Assembly: GCF_006345805.1 (NCBI RefSeq) | Contig: NC_043000.1 | Span: 140,926,001-140,990,000, forward strand | Source of the DNA: Octopus sinensis | Lineage: Eukaryota | Reading direction: 5' to 3' | DNA length: 64,000 bases | Shown here: piece by piece, positions 50,592 to 64,000 of the stretch | Layout of the letters: every line of letters begins with the position of its first letter | Numbering within the stretch: the stretch's first letter is position 1 | Notes under the pieces: generated by a model | Seen by the model: only the letters and a program-made list of their open reading frames with translations | The model's database searches: none | Told to the model about the DNA's origin: nothing | Translations under genes and position numbers: made by a program

Positions 50592-51974
50592 TATAGTGAT
50601 GAAAAGTGTAGGCACTAATATGTACATAATAAAAGGTCAATGAGAAGAGCACAAACGACATTTCAACTAGTTGAAGACTAGAGATACTGAAGAAAGAGAT
50701 GAAATACCAATGGAAGTTTGTTATGACTTGTTCAATGTTCCAACGCCAAAAGAGTTTGAACCTAGGTGGATCAGCAATAGAGAACATAAACAAACAGAAC
50801 AACTAAAAAAAGTCCCTAATCGAAATAAGTATTAAAACTCCTGAGGAAATTAAATTCCTCAAAACAAGGAGAGGTGATGATGAAAAAAAAAGAAAAAATT
50901 AAATAAACAATTTGCACTTCCGGCAGAAGTCATATCTCAAAAGGAGAGATGTTATGGTGAGAATCCTGACACCCCCTATGTGAATGGACTTACCAAACTT
51001 GTATAAGTTTGACTGAGTGCGTGACAGAGGGATAGATGGGAAATTGCAGGAAGTCAAATGGTGTCATTTGTGAGTTCGTGGAGAGGAAGGAATTTGTTGA
51101 GAATTTGTTACAGTTCATTGAGAGTTGTTCTGGATTGGTTACAGTTGTTGGCAGAGTATTTGGGAATGCATCAAGTGGAGACAGTTGGTGTATATACCAT
51201 TCTTTGGTACTATATATATCACATTGTATTAGTGCACGGCACTAAGGTGACATATACAGAAACCCCGTTATAAAAGAAAGCATATCCAGAGTGTTTGTTA
51301 ATAAGAAGTGGGAGACTATTCCTTGCTTGGAAACAGGTGAGGATTAGTATCAAGAAAGTGTCTACCATAGAAAATTCTGCTCCAGTGAAGTCTTGTAAGA
51401 CCGATGATTGTGATGATGGTGATGATGGTGGTGGTGGTGATGATGGTGATGGTGGTGGTGATGATGATGAGGAGGAGTCCAAATACGTCGATCTTCCATT
51501 GAGGTAATAATCCTATTTCTGTACTTATCAATATACAGTAATACAACCAACATCTTCAGTAAAATTCTTAGAACTGTGAGGTCCATAGATGATTGTGTGT
51601 ATGAAAGAGTTAATAAACTTCACTTACATGACACATCGTCATCATTATTTTCTATACTGGCATGGATTTGACAGTTTGTCATGATGTGGCAAGTCACAGA
51701 GCTTTGCCAAGCTCCAACGTCAGCTTTGACGTGTTATCTTTGACTGGATGCCCTTCTTAATGCTAACCACCTTATAGCATGTACTGAATGATTTTTCATG
51801 CAATTGGCATTAGTTGGATCATCAAATAAGTTACAAGACATCACTAGTGCCATTGAAATATGTAAAAATTTCTGGTGGTTCAAAAGCAAAAAGAAATCTT
51901 GGAAACAATGCTGCCGCTGTTGGTGACAAAATAATTGTTTTTCTAAGAAGGCCAAATGAATGCGTGTATTAGAA

Positions 51975-52190
51975 GGGTTATGTTGTTGTTAAGCAACAAG
52001 ACAGGTAAGGGTGATTAGGTGATGGTCTAGGGCTTGGGGGTGGGGGTGGGAGATCCCAGACCTTGGAAAAAAAAATTTTGTCATCTTGTTGTAGTCGAGG
52101 GCTCTTCGTTGACGCCCAACACCACTGGGATGTTGCCCTCAAAGTCGCAGGAAATGGATATCTCCAGGTTCAAATTCTTGAACGGCGAAG
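51975..52190 (-). repeat. ~230-bp LINE-like 3' end, copy 2
   Basis: Matches 35745-36000. Confidence 0.65.
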
Positions 52191-53715
52191 GGTTATGTCA
52201 CATAGCAGTGAAACTTCAGAAGCAAGCAGTGTAATATCAAAAAGCAATTCTCTATGTATGATCTTAGGAATGGTGAGAGGAATTAATTGATAGTGAAGAT
52301 GAGCAGAAAGACTTTTAAAAACTACTTTCTGAATGAATCAATAATTAATGAATGAGATATTGATTATGCTCTAAAATTGAAATACATTTATAGGTGTCAG
52401 TATACCTGAAAGGCAGATGTTTGGCTTTAATTTCATGGTGTTAAGGTGTAAAATAAATAAATTTTCAACTAAGTGGGACACCAATCTAGCATATTTAACT
52501 TTTCTCTGTCTTCATGACTCCAGCTACACATTTTGATATACCAAGCTCCATTCCAGTATTACTGCAACTCACATTTTTTTCTCTATTTCAAGTAATAAAT
52601 TGTTTCCTTTTCAGATTTTTCAGATATATCTATATCATCTATTGAGAAGGTGCATTTTTTTGCACCTTGTTTGTAGCCCATGTTAACTATTCTATGTGTT
52701 GTTGAAATAACTATTAGCATGGTAACAAAGAGCAAGAGAGAGATAAAATCAACCAGGAAGATACTGCTTCTAAAGACTACACTTCACTGTGATCTCATGC
52801 TCATCAATTCCTTTTCCAGTGTGCCATGCAAGTACTGAGGATGCTGATGAGATTTTTGGTTATGCCAAACATTATGACTCCTAAATCCAAAGATGAGTCA
52901 CCATATCACTGGCCATTTTGAAATTTATCCATACCATTTACAGATTGGTTTTTTATCACTTGCAGATCATTATAGTTTTGTTAATAATCACATAGCCATT
53001 TTTTGCCTTTTGAGTGTATCATGCACATCTTCCTGTTCAGTTAGTAATTCAACATCATTTCCTTTGTGTACCTTCTCTCTCCCTCTCTGTACTGCTCTCC
53101 ATCATCAACTCCTCACTTGCCCCTCTCAATGTCCTCACATATCTACTGTAATCTCTGCCCCAAGCTTTTATATTTCTCCCCTTCAGTTGCTACAGCCACC
53201 TCATCCTATCCACTCACTTCAAACTTCTGTATCGCCTCACCTATTCTCACACCCCCAATGTCCCTTAAAGACATGTCTTAACACATTCCTTACCATCATC
53301 ACTCTCGCTCCCTTTATCTTACTGACTTCTACAGATTTATATTGGTAAATCAATCAAAAACTCATTCTGTTTTCTTAACATAATCTTTGCTCACTAATAA
53401 TGAATAGTTGTGATGTTATGTATCACAATTTGGCAGTGACCAAATGTTCTTTCAAATGTTATACCTCGAATACTGTTATTTATTCAACTGCTACAAAATT
53501 ACATGAATCAAGTTCAGTTAAATGAACAAACTGAAAACTTATACTTTATTTAGTGTGATTTTTTGAATTGAACATGCAACACATTCGTTACCCATTAAGT
53601 ACATCACTATCACACTTAAACTGTTCTTATTTGATCCAAAAAGTCTGTTATGCTCAGACTGAATGGCTCTCAATTATTCTTTATTGTTCAACTTGACTCA
53701 GGGTTGATATTATTT

Positions 53716-54150
53716 CTAATCTTCAAAGCCACAGTCGAACCAATTCGACTATATGGCTCAGAAACCTGGACGTTATCAAAGAAGCTTGAGAGGCGGTTGG
53801 ATGGAACTTACACTCGCCTCCTTATGAGAGCTCAAAATCTCTCGTGGAAACGTCATCCAACCAAAGTATAAATATATGGGAAATTACCACCTGTATCATC
53901 TCTTGTGAAAGGTAGAAGAGTCCAGTTTGCTGGACATTGTTGTAGAGCTGAAAAAGAAGTAATTTTTACTCTTCTCCTCTGGAAGCCATCTGCTCATAAT
54001 ACCAGAGAGTGCACACTCTCCTACCCTGATGTAATCTCCAGAGATACAGGCATCCAGCAACAGGACCTCCATAATGCTATGATGGGCCGTGAAGTCTGGC
54101 ATAACATAGTAAATTCCATTGTCTCAACCACGGTCGAACAATGATGATGA
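53716..54150 (+). mobile_element. RTE-clade LINE 3' end
   Basis: LYGSETWT motif; matches 13790-14221; tgatgatga tail. Confidence 0.85.
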
Positions 54151-54189
54151 CTAACTGAATTTATGTGGGTAGCTGATTTCTACCTGTAA

Positions 54190-55420
54190 CCTTAATCTTT
54201 CATGTGTTCAAAACCCTTCTGATAATCTTTCCTGTTCCTAAGAGACAAACTTTCTGTAGAAGCTCTACAGGACATTCCATTCCAATCACTTTCAACCATT
54301 TGGCTACATCATTACTGACAGTCTCTAATGCACCAATCTTTACAGTTTTCATATTCCAAATTCTCATAATTTTGAATTTTAAGGAATTGTATTTCTTTAA
54401 TTTTTTCATCTTATTTCATCCTGAAATCAAATGGATATCATGGATCAATTAGTAAGCAACTTTGCTTTTCCTTGCTTATTATTGTTATATCTGGTTTATT
54501 ATTTTCTATCTTCATAAAATACCCATGTTGGTGGCACTTAAGAACTCCTGAATGTGGCCGATGCCAGCGCCACCTGATTGGCATCTCTGTTGGTGATACA
54601 TAAAAAGCACCAACCGATCGTGGCCATTTGCCAGCCTCCTCTGGCTCCTGTACCGGTGGCACGTAAAAAGCACCCATTACACTCACGGAGTGGTTGGCAT
54701 CAGGAAGGGCATCCAGCTGTAGAAACACTGCCAAATCAGACTGGAGCCTGGCGTAGCCTCCTAGCTTCCCAGACCCTGGTCGAACCATCCAACCCATGCT
54801 AGCATGTAAAACGGACGTTAAACGATGATGATGATGATATCCATTTGAATTGAATAATAATCCCATTTATCTGACTCAAGCACTCTTTCAGCCCAGTGAT
54901 TGCACCAAGTGCATCCAACTTCAAACCCCCATTTTTGACACAGCTTCCAGTGCAAAACTTTCATAATTTGGTAATATTTCCATTTTTTATACTCTCCCTG
55001 AGTCAATAGAATGTGCCATCAGTTCATCCCAAATTCCACACATTCTACATTTTGCTGACACATTCTCCCCATACTTATATTTTCTCAAGCTGCTTGTTTT
55101 TAATGCTTGATCTTGAATTGCTATAATAAGGATCCCTGTTTCTTTTTCACAATTGTCCTTTCTCCAAACAATCCCAGGTTTTTTGTCTCACATACATCCT
55201 CTGCAGCTTTCTAAAATTAACTATGCAAAGGTTTCTTTTCAATCTGTTTAACATGCACTCTTTGAATTGCATTCTTGTCCACACTTGAACACATTTTCTT
55301 TATTCACTGCCTTTAGTAATTTCTCGGTGTTGTTCTATACATATACTAGTAGGCTTTTTCTTTTCACACTCCCCCACAGTAATTAAGCCTCTTGCACTCT
55401 TTTCAAGTACAATTGGTTAA
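54190..55420 (-). pseudogene. R4/Dong-like RLE LINE 3' part, interrupted by a SINE at 54520-54838
   Basis: LYLKKSARGL, AIQDQAL, KCRMCG, LHWKLC, NNKPDITI and LQKVCLLGTGKIIRRVL motifs. Confidence 0.8.
54520..54838 (+). mobile_element. SINE family C nested in an R4/Dong-like LINE
   Basis: The LINE reading frame resumes on both sides. Confidence 0.8.
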
Positions 55421-55933
55421 TATTAGCTTTCAGATGGTGGGCTCCATACACAGTCAGCAGTGGCTGTATCTTATGTGAGAAGCCTTACTATGGCACTTTT
55501 TGTTTTTCATATTTTTACATTTCTTTTTCATTAGATTTCTGTTTGAAGATTTTTATTTTCATCATTAAATGTTCTTATCTAACAAGAAGAAAAATCTTTG
55601 TATGTGATAGCTGAAATTATTCTTAAATATCAATTATTGCCTTTTATTTGCATATGGGAAAAGATATGAAAATATCAATTGAGCTTGCTATTTTTTTTTA
55701 CCCTTGGCACTTCAGTTATATACAGCTAACACTTCTAAGTTGAAAGTCAAAGTCAAGAGCTCTTTTGTTGTTAAAGGCAACTATTTTCTTGTTTTTGGAG
55801 ATATATTCAGATGTAGTGAGGACTGACAGTTTTCGTCAAATGTGCTTCATTGTCTTAATATAATGACAATATTTGCATTAATTGAAGCATGTTTCAAAAG
55901 TTTAGAACCTATGTTGGATAGGATATAATTTAA

Positions 55934-56152
55934 CCCTTTCGTTACCAACCCGACTGAAACCGGCTCTGGCTCTGTAGTCCAAATATCTTGTTTTCATAAG
56001 TTTTGAATTAAAATCTTCCACCAAACTTGTCGCAATTTATGTTCCTAACACTAGCTGAATGATAACTAAGTTATTTTACTAAATTCTTTGTTATATTTAA
56101 AATAATTGAAAGAAATACAGAGCATCTAAAAATAAATACGGAAATGAAAGGG
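55934..56152. mobile_element. piggyBac-type MITE
   Basis: TTAA-ccctttcgttac ... gaaatgaaaggg-TTAA. Confidence 0.85.
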
Positions 56153-56596
56153 TTAAAGGTTTTTTTCTTCCTGGGGTTTTAAAGGATTCTTTTCATCTCA
56201 TTAACTAGAGCTTTCTTGTTATTACTGGTATTGATTACATTACTGCAATACTTAGGCAATCTAGTTAGTGGCCATTATCTGTTAACTAGCAGTCTTATAA
56301 GGGACATGTTGGCAAAGTCATTGAGGAGTTGGATAGAAACTGCCCAATATTTGTTCAAACTCTCTGAGTTCAAATCTCACCAAGGTCAACTTTGGCGTTC
56401 ACTATTTGGTGTGTTGATGGTAGAGAGCCAATAAACAAAGCAGCAGTCCAGGGCTGTAGATTGGTAGATTTGTTAGGGAATTGAATGGGATAATTTGCAG
56501 TATCTGTTTTCACTCTGTGAATTCTGGGATCATATCCCATACCCACCCATTCCATTGTCAGTGAAGAAGTAGTGATGCTTCTGGCAGATGTTGTGC

Positions 56597-56971
56597 CAGG
56601 AGTGGCTGTGTGGTAAGTAGCTTGCTAACCAACCACATGGTTCCAGGTTCAGTCCCACTGCGTGGCATCTTGGGCAAGTGTTTTCTGCTATAGCTCCAGG
56701 CTGACCAAAGCCTTGTGAGTGGATTTGGTAGACGGAAACTGAAAGAAGCCTGTCGTATATATGTATGTGTGTGTGTTTGTGTGTGTGTCTACTTGACAAC
56801 CGATGCTGGTGTGTTTACGTCCCTGTCACTTAGCGGTTCAGCAAAAGAGACCGATAGAATAAGTACTGGGCTTACAAAAAGAATAAGTCCTGGGGTCAAG
56901 TTGCTCGACTAAAGGCGGTGCTCCAGCATGGCCGCAGTCAAATGACTGAAACAAGTAAAAGAGTAAAGAGT
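56597..56971 (+). mobile_element. tRNA-derived SINE family A
   Basis: Full-length copy. Confidence 0.85.
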
Positions 56972-57424
56972 AATAGATAGTATCAGGAATTTGAAAACTA
57001 ATAGAAATATAATTTTTTTGGTTTGACAGCACTGCCCACATGGCAGTAATTATGTTTTTTGTCAGTTTGGTTTGGACGAATGGTTATAACCATAGTTACT
57101 GAGAGCGCTTTAAAAGTAATAAGTAGACTGTTGTAATTGATATTTATTTTAAAATAGTTGTAAATTAGAGATGACAAAAAAGAAAACCTGCAAGAGGAGC
57201 ATCCTAACAGGTGGAGTTTATGTTCTGATGATGAAGGACTGTGTGAAATGGTTAATGTGGGGCTAAATGTGTGGGCGCAATATGTAAGGCAAAATGAGGA
57301 GAGAAGTGTATGATACATGATGATATGCAATAGTGGATGGTAAGAAAGCAGTCAGCTCCATGAAGTAGAGGCCATTGTAGCAATGTGATAAAACCAGGGA
57401 GAGAATATATCATATCTGTTGGAA

Positions 57425-57925
57425 TTCACTGACATGGCTGTTGACAGCACCACCTGACTGGCATCTGTGCAAGTGGAATGTTAAGGGCACCATCCGAGCG
57501 GGATCATTACCAGGGCCACTGATTGGCTCCTGTGACAGTGGCATGTAAAAAGCACCATTCAAGCATGATCGTTACCAGTGTCGTCTTGCTGCCACTTGTG
57601 TCGGTGGCATGTGAAAAACAACATTTGAGCAAGGTTGTTGCCAGTGCCATTGGACTGGCTCCTGTGCATGTGGCCCGTAAAAAATACCATTGGAGTGTGG
57701 CCATTGCCAGTATCATCTGACTGGCCCTCATGCCAGTGGCACGTGAAAAGCATCCACTACACTATCAGAGTGGTTGGTGTAAGGAAGGGCATCCAGCTGT
57801 AGAAACTCTGCCAGATCAGATTGGAGCCTGGTGCAACCATCTGGTTCACCAGTCCTCAGTCAAACCGTCCAACCCATGCCAGCATGGAAAATGGACGTTA
57901 AACGACGATGATGAGGAAGAGGATG
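57425..57925 (+). mobile_element. SINE family C
   Basis: Array plus tail. Confidence 0.75.
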
Positions 57926-58036
57926 CTGATTGATGTTGGAATCTGTTGAGCTATGTTGTGCCAGTCAGTCAAGTAGTCTTTCTTTTGATATGACCTTAGA
58001 CATTTCATGTGGAACAGTAGCTGCACTGTCATGGAA

Positions 58037-58419
58037 TGGAATGACTCCGTCAGTTACGACGACGAGGGTTCTGGTTGATCCGAATCAACGGAACAGCCTG
58101 CTCGTGAAATTAACGTGTAAGTGGCTGAGCACTCCACAGACACGTGTACCCCTAACGTAGTTCTCGGGGTTATTCAGCGTGACACAGAGAGTGACAAGGC
58201 CGGCCCTTTGAAATACAGGTACAACAGAAACAGGAAGTAAGAGTGAGAGAAAGTTGTGGTGAAAGAGTACAGCAGGGATCACCACTATCCCTGCCGGAGC
58301 CTCGTGGAGCTTTAGGTGTTTTCTCACAATAAACACTCACAACGCCCAGTATGGGAATCGAAACTGCGATTCTACGACCGCGAGTCCGCTGCCCTAACCA
58401 CTGGGCCATTGTGCCTCCA
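58037..58419 (-). mobile_element. tRNA-derived SINE, fourth family (single copy here)
   Basis: Head ggaggcacaatggcccagtggttagggcagcggactcgcgg...tcgattccc with A/B boxes; CpG-rich, low-decay body. Confidence 0.75.
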
Positions 58420-59565
58420 TAGTTGCACTGTCATAGTTGCAGGATCAATACTCTTGTGAATCTCAGTATTTGCTAATGAGAACAGGAGTCTTTACTGGTT
58501 CTGCAGAGTAACAAATCTTTCTGATGCAGTCTTTATTATTTCATGTGCATTCATCAGTAGAGATCTTCAGTGAGAATGATGCTTAATATTTGTAGCAAAT
58601 CTATAGGGGATATAATAACTTGTGCTGAAAACTCCCAGGTACTTTAATATTGTTTGTATCAAGATATGCAGCATGTATTTCGATGGCACTTTTTCATTCC
58701 AAAATATTTGAATAGTTTCCATTTATTGAACCATTAGAAGAATTGTAAGGCTTCAGAAAGACTAAATATCACATACTTTCAATTCTCTAATTCTTTAAAT
58801 CTGAAGTACTTATTCCTATAAAAGGAATTATTGTTTATTATTAGATTTTTCAACAACTCTTAAAAAGTAAAAATATTAAACTTTTGCTTGTTTAACTGGA
58901 AATGATTGATAATTGAAACTCAGAAAAGTCTGTAGATTCCCAGAAATGTTATTTAATATTACTATTGGAATAAGCCCAAGTGTAATTAAGTAAATTCAAG
59001 AAAAATTTCGTTTTGCAAGATACAATGATAATTAAATAGGACAACTTTAAATGGATCAGTTCTGTTAGAGGTATTAAGTTGCCTAATAAAATTATATGCC
59101 ATTCCTTTGATCCTTACCACTTGTTGGTATTTGATTAGTCCAAATTTAATATTCTGCCAAAGAAAGGAGAGAGAGAATATTTCATTTGAGAGTTAAGAAA
59201 TTAGTTTTGGCAATTGTCTTGGCGTCTTTTACTGATTTGGGTGTAGAAAGAAAATAGGAGAAAAATATTCCACTTAACCTTCATAATTTCCAACTCAAGT
59301 AAAACTGCTGGAATTTGCTTGCCAACAAAAAGATTTGCTAACAGTGCAAATGGTGATCTCAAAAGTACATTATTTTTCAACACATAAGATTTTGAAATTA
59401 CCCATGTATGTCATTTTATCAGAAGTAAATTAGCTAGATTTGAAAACAATTTTGTTGATGGTGTTTATGTTGTTTTGCTTCTGCTGCTCCAGTTCTGTTG
59501 CTGTTGTTGCTGCGGCTGCTCATCATTATCATCGTCGTTATTATTTTTATTATTATTATTATTTG

Positions 59566-59900
59566 CCATTCGTGCCAGTGGCATGTAAAAACCACCATTC
59601 GTTACTAGCATCGCCTTACTGGCACTTGTGTCAATGACACGTAAAAAAAAATAAATAAATAAAATAAAAATTTTAAAAAGCACTATTTGAGTGTGGCCAT
59701 TGCCAGTACCATCTGACTGACCCTTGTGCCGGTGGCACGTAAAAGCACCCACTACACTCTCAGAGTGGTTGGTGTTAGAAAGGGCATCAAGCTGTAGAAA
59801 CTCTGCCAGATCAAGATTGGAACCTGGTGCAGCCATCTGGTTCACCAGACCTCAGTCAAATCGTCCACCCCATGCTAGCATGTAAAGCAAACGGTAAATG
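59566..59900 (+). mobile_element. SINE family C
   Basis: Array plus tail. Confidence 0.75.
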
Positions 59901-60033
59901 ATTCTTATTATTATCATCATCATTTGGTTACCTGTAAAAAGAGTCGTTTTTTCACTGCTATTGGTTTGTATGTTTTGCTTGCGATACATGTGGATATTTT
60001 TCTTATTTCATTTTCCCTATAAAAAAAATTTAG

Positions 60034-60087
60034 GTGGATATTTGTACTTAAGTTCATGCTTTCTGCACCATTTGGGAGTGGAATAAG
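60034..60087 (+). other. Candidate 54-nt exon
   Basis: tttag acceptor, ag|gtattt donor, open frame WIFVLKFMLSAPFGSGI. Confidence 0.25.
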
Positions 60088-61019
60088 GTATTTCTTTTTT
60101 CCTTCTTTCCTCTTTGTGTGTGTGTGTGTGTGAGAGTGTTTCATATGACTCGACTTTTTAAAATTTCACACTGGGACTTCAGTTAATAAAAAACAAACAA
60201 TTGTAGGCCTGAAATTTCTTTGATGGTTGAAGTATAGAGGGCCCATTTTACTGCTGTGGAAGTTTTATTTACATGAAGTGTAAACAAAATGTCAAAATAA
60301 CCTCCTCTTCAAGAAAGTATAATTTGTGTTAAGAAATATTAGAATTTGAAAGAAAATGTTCTTTTAAGAATGCTGAGTGTGACAATCCTAACGCTAATAA
60401 GAATAATACAATCATTAACGTTATAAACATCAACCATGCAATAACAATGGCATTGGTTTCATGGCTGATGTTAGAATAATGAACAGCATCAGCTATATCA
60501 AATATACGGAAACCAACAACAACATCCTTAGCTAGGGCAGTATAGAAATTGTAGGGACAAGCTTTAGCAAACCCCAGAAAAGGAGACTCAATGGTTGAGA
60601 TGCATCACATGAAAGTGTGCCTCTTTACCTGAAGAGTCCATCTAGGAGAGAGCAAAGGCCTAATGATGCATCTCTATTTTCTTCTCTTCAAAACACCAAG
60701 CTGCTCCTTATGTCCTCTGAATTTGAATTCTAAGAAAAACTGCAATAATGATAATGAGGTAGATGCCATCAACTATAATAACATTTTTCAAGCAGCTATT
60801 TTTTTTACTCAACAGAAATATTTTATTAACACACACACACACACCACACACACACAGAGTACATACATACATACCCACACACACGTGTGTATGCATATAT
60901 GTTTGTATGTCTCTTCTATTTTTTTAATTATTATAAATCTTCCACTGTGGAGGGAGCCAGTTTCCAATAAAGATGCAAGTCTCCATCTTTGGGTTGTAGT
61001 TATCACAGACAAATTCACA

Positions 61020-61440
61020 TTTGGAACTTGAGAATAATCTTACCTGTTTTTATTGTTCCACTTAGATTGCACTTGTAATGTACGAATTAGCTGGTTGATT
61101 TCACCTTCTGAAACTCCCAGTTTACCCAGATTCTCCTTTAAGCATTTACTAACAAAACCTGGTGCTCCAATTATTATTAATATGAATATGAATTCATAAT
61201 CTGGATATAGAAGCTGGAAGTTTCAAAGTAGTCGTCCATAGATATCCTCTTTTTCTTTGATTTTCAAATATACATTTATATCTGCTGGATAGCTGACCTC
61301 TATGATGGTACATACCTTTGTCCCTCTGTCCCAAACAACAATATCCAGCCTGTTATGTTTACATTTGACAGAAGTCTTGATGGGACTATTCCACCAGTAT
61401 TCTTTGAGTTGGTATTCATGAATGTATTCCATAACAGCGG
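61020..61440 (-). pseudogene. RLE-type LINE endonuclease fragment
   Basis: WWNSPIKT..KCKHNRLDIVVWD...IIEVSYPAD.N...K.KEK..YGRL, followed by LYPDYEF..IIIGA. Confidence 0.8.
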
Positions 61441-61645
61441 GATATGTAGTTGTTGTTGTTAAGCAACAAGATGGGTAAGGGTGATTAGATGATGGTCTAG
61501 GGCTTAGGGGCAGGAGACTCCACACCTTGGAAAAAAAAAGCTGGTCATCTTGTAATGAGGGCACTTCATTGACGCCCGACACCACTGAGAGGTGGCCCTA
61601 AAAGTCGCTGGAAATGAAGATCTCCAGGTCGAAATTCTTGGCTGG
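61440..61645 (-). repeat. ~230-bp LINE-like 3' end, copy 3
   Basis: Matches 35745-36000. Confidence 0.65.
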
Positions 61646-61974
61646 CAAGGGATATGTATGTATGCATGCATCCAGAACATTATCTTCAGTATACATAGCC
61701 AAAATCATAGCAGAATGGATTTGCTAAAATTGTTGCAATATGTCACATGCTATGATAATTTTAGTGGTAATAGGATGGCACTTATGTCAATTTCACTATA
61801 TGGGCATACAGTCTTTCAAACAACTGGACAATCTACACATTGAATTAATTTGTGAAGTGATTGGACAATTCCAAAACACATGTGCCCTTAACATAATTTT
61901 GGAGTAGAATCAATGTGACAAAACTGTGGCTTTCAATAGCAAATACAGTCCATCCAAAGAACTTCTATACAATT

Positions 61975-62290
61975 TCCAGTTTGATTTGGCATGGTTTCTA
62001 TGACTGGATGCCAACCACTCCTAGAGTGTAATGGGTGCTTTTATATGCCACCAGCATGGGTGGCATTTACATGTCACTAGCAATGACCATAACTAAGATG
62101 CATGGGTGCCATTTATATGGCACTGGTAGCGACCATGACTACGATTCACAGGTACCATTTACATGACAAAAGTAACAACTATGATGATTCACAAGTGTCA
62201 TTCACATGGCACCGGCAATCACCACGACTATGATTCACAGGTGCCATTTATATGGCACTGTCAATGACCACGACTATGGGTGCCATTTAT
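61975..62290 (-). mobile_element. SINE family C with ~45-bp hairpin array
   Basis: Tail remnant plus ~6 ggtgccatttatatggcac units. Confidence 0.65.
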
Positions 62291-63339
62291 ACTTATGTGT
62301 ATGTATGTATGTGTGCAGACACACACACACATATGTATGTCAATACATTGTGTATTTATGTGCAGATGTATGCATGTATATATTTATAAAATATATGTGC
62401 ATGTATGTGTGTGTGAGCAGACAAATAACTGCACACACAATAAGCAAATTATCTATGTCAAGTTACAATTATGATTGTTACCAATATCGACACATCATAT
62501 ATGTGTGACATCTAGATTCCAGCAGACAGCTGACAATGATACCCCAGGCCAAGACAACCTACACATATATTTCACTAACAGACAACAAATACTAATTAGG
62601 TAAACACTGGGAAAAATTTCTCAAACCACATACAGAATTATAGTTTGTTGAGTATATTTTAATCCAAAAGGAAAAAATAGCATCTTCAGTATGTAAACAA
62701 GCTTCAGAACATGACAGGTGAAGTCTTTTAAGAGTAATAGCTTCTCACATAAACTTTGACATCAGTTGGTCATAAATAATTTCAAAAAATACTATGCAAA
62801 GCTATTTGAGATTTTAGTGTTATCATCCCTGCCTAGATTAGATTTAAATATGATTTAGAGTAGTGATGAAGAACCTGAGATGAAAATTATTAGCAGCAAC
62901 ATGGCAAGTGCTTTTAGTTAAGATATAATGGACTTTAAAAAATAATAATAATGAAAAAAAAAAAATAAAACTTCATGTAATAGTATGTTATATTTAGTAT
63001 ATTAAAAATGCTTATCTGTAAGTGTTTATGTCTCACTAAAATACATGAACATATGACAATTTGTTGAAGAAATTTAAATTTCAACATGCTAGTCTAAAAA
63101 GGTTTAGCAGCATGAGAACTGAGTTTACAAATGTTGGTGAGGGAAAAGGCATCCATCCAAAGAAACCTGGCCAAAGCAGATAATGGAGACTAACAGAGCC
63201 TTCAAGCGTGTTGGATCCTACCAGCAAAAAAACATGGATATTAAGGGATGATGATGATGGTGATGATGATCATGAAATGCATGTGCAAATATATAACATC
63301 TGTCATCTCTCAGTTCTGCAATAAATGTTATTGGAATAA

Positions 63340-63577
63340 AGGCGGCGAGCTGGCAGAATTGTTTGCACACTGGGTGAAATGCTTAGCGGTATTTCATCTG
63401 CTGCTACGTTCTGAGTTCAAATTCTGGTGAGGTTGACTTTGCCTTTCATCCTTTCGGGGTCGATTAAATGAGTATCAGTTACACACTGGGGTCGATATAA
63501 TCGACTTAATCCCTTTCTTTTGTCCTTGTTTGTCCTCTAAATTTTTATTCCCCTGTGAACAATAAAGAAATAAAGAA
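63340..63577 (+). mobile_element. SINE family B
   Basis: Full copy. Confidence 0.8.
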
Positions 63578-64000
63578 ATGTTATTGAAATTCAAGTACAT
63601 GCCTTCTTTGAAGATGTGCTGGTGGGAAATACTGAGTAATGAGGAAATATATATAGACTATTTTCAAATAAATATAACCTGTACTTAATCTTTTGAGAAC
63701 TATTTTTCATTTGTAAACATAAACATATACCCACTCCTGTTCTGTTAAACCTGATTTATAAACTGAGGTTATACAGTCACGAGCAGCAAAGTACAATCTG
63801 ATCTATTCCTTGCAAGATATGCAAATATATCTCCAAAGGTGGAAAGTAAATGGTTGATTTTTTTTTAAAACAGAAGTGACAATAACAATTCTAGTTGAAA
63901 CAGGCATCTTTTGTTGAGCTCAAATATAAACCCAGACTCATACATACACCATGCATGCATTTGTGTATGTGTGTGTGTGGCAATGTGTGTACTTATACAT

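Noticed and set aside
50960-51400. Possible Tx1/L1 3' fragment; also a possible RTE fragment at 37513-37760 and a coding-like stretch at 50683-50836
   Set aside because: Motifs too degraded to support a call without a search.
58340-58419. tRNA gene (also the heads of family A SINEs)
   Set aside because: No complete cloverleaf or poly-T terminator; the sequence continues into a SINE body.
61223-61585. 120-aa ORF that looks like a novel fusion protein
   Set aside because: Chance in-frame join of the 230-bp repeat and an RLE LINE fragment.
62050-62290. CRISPR-like palindromic array (also 29716-29988)
   Set aside because: The spacers are homologous to each other, there are no cas genes, and the context is a eukaryotic SINE.

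Overview
AT-rich, repeat-saturated animal DNA. The SINE families look like those I recall from octopus genomes (inference; no search run). No host gene can be named, and only weak exon candidates exist on the + strand. Most of the window is made of three abundant SINE families, 5'-truncated LINE pieces (RTE, R4/Dong-like and HERO/NeSL-like), decayed Tc1/mariner elements (DD34D, DD41D, maT-like), a piggyBac-type MITE, a Helitron remnant and long microsatellites. The centrepiece is an 8.75-kb palindromic Penelope-like retroelement (PLE) at 38773-47519, with a Naiad-like RT + GIY-YIG ORF. It has two ~3.9-kb inverted arms, a minimal hammerhead ribozyme near each outer end, a 73-bp 3' tail copied into the centre just ahead of the ORF, and a 16-bp direct repeat flanking it in (TA)n. 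A short relative with no ORF at ~4856-5515 shares the 3' terminus and the ribozyme core, but carries a 70-nt stem II and a decayed second ribozyme copy. A candidate HDV-like ribozyme sits at an RTE-type 5' end (10645-10723). All alignments and RNA folds were done by eye.
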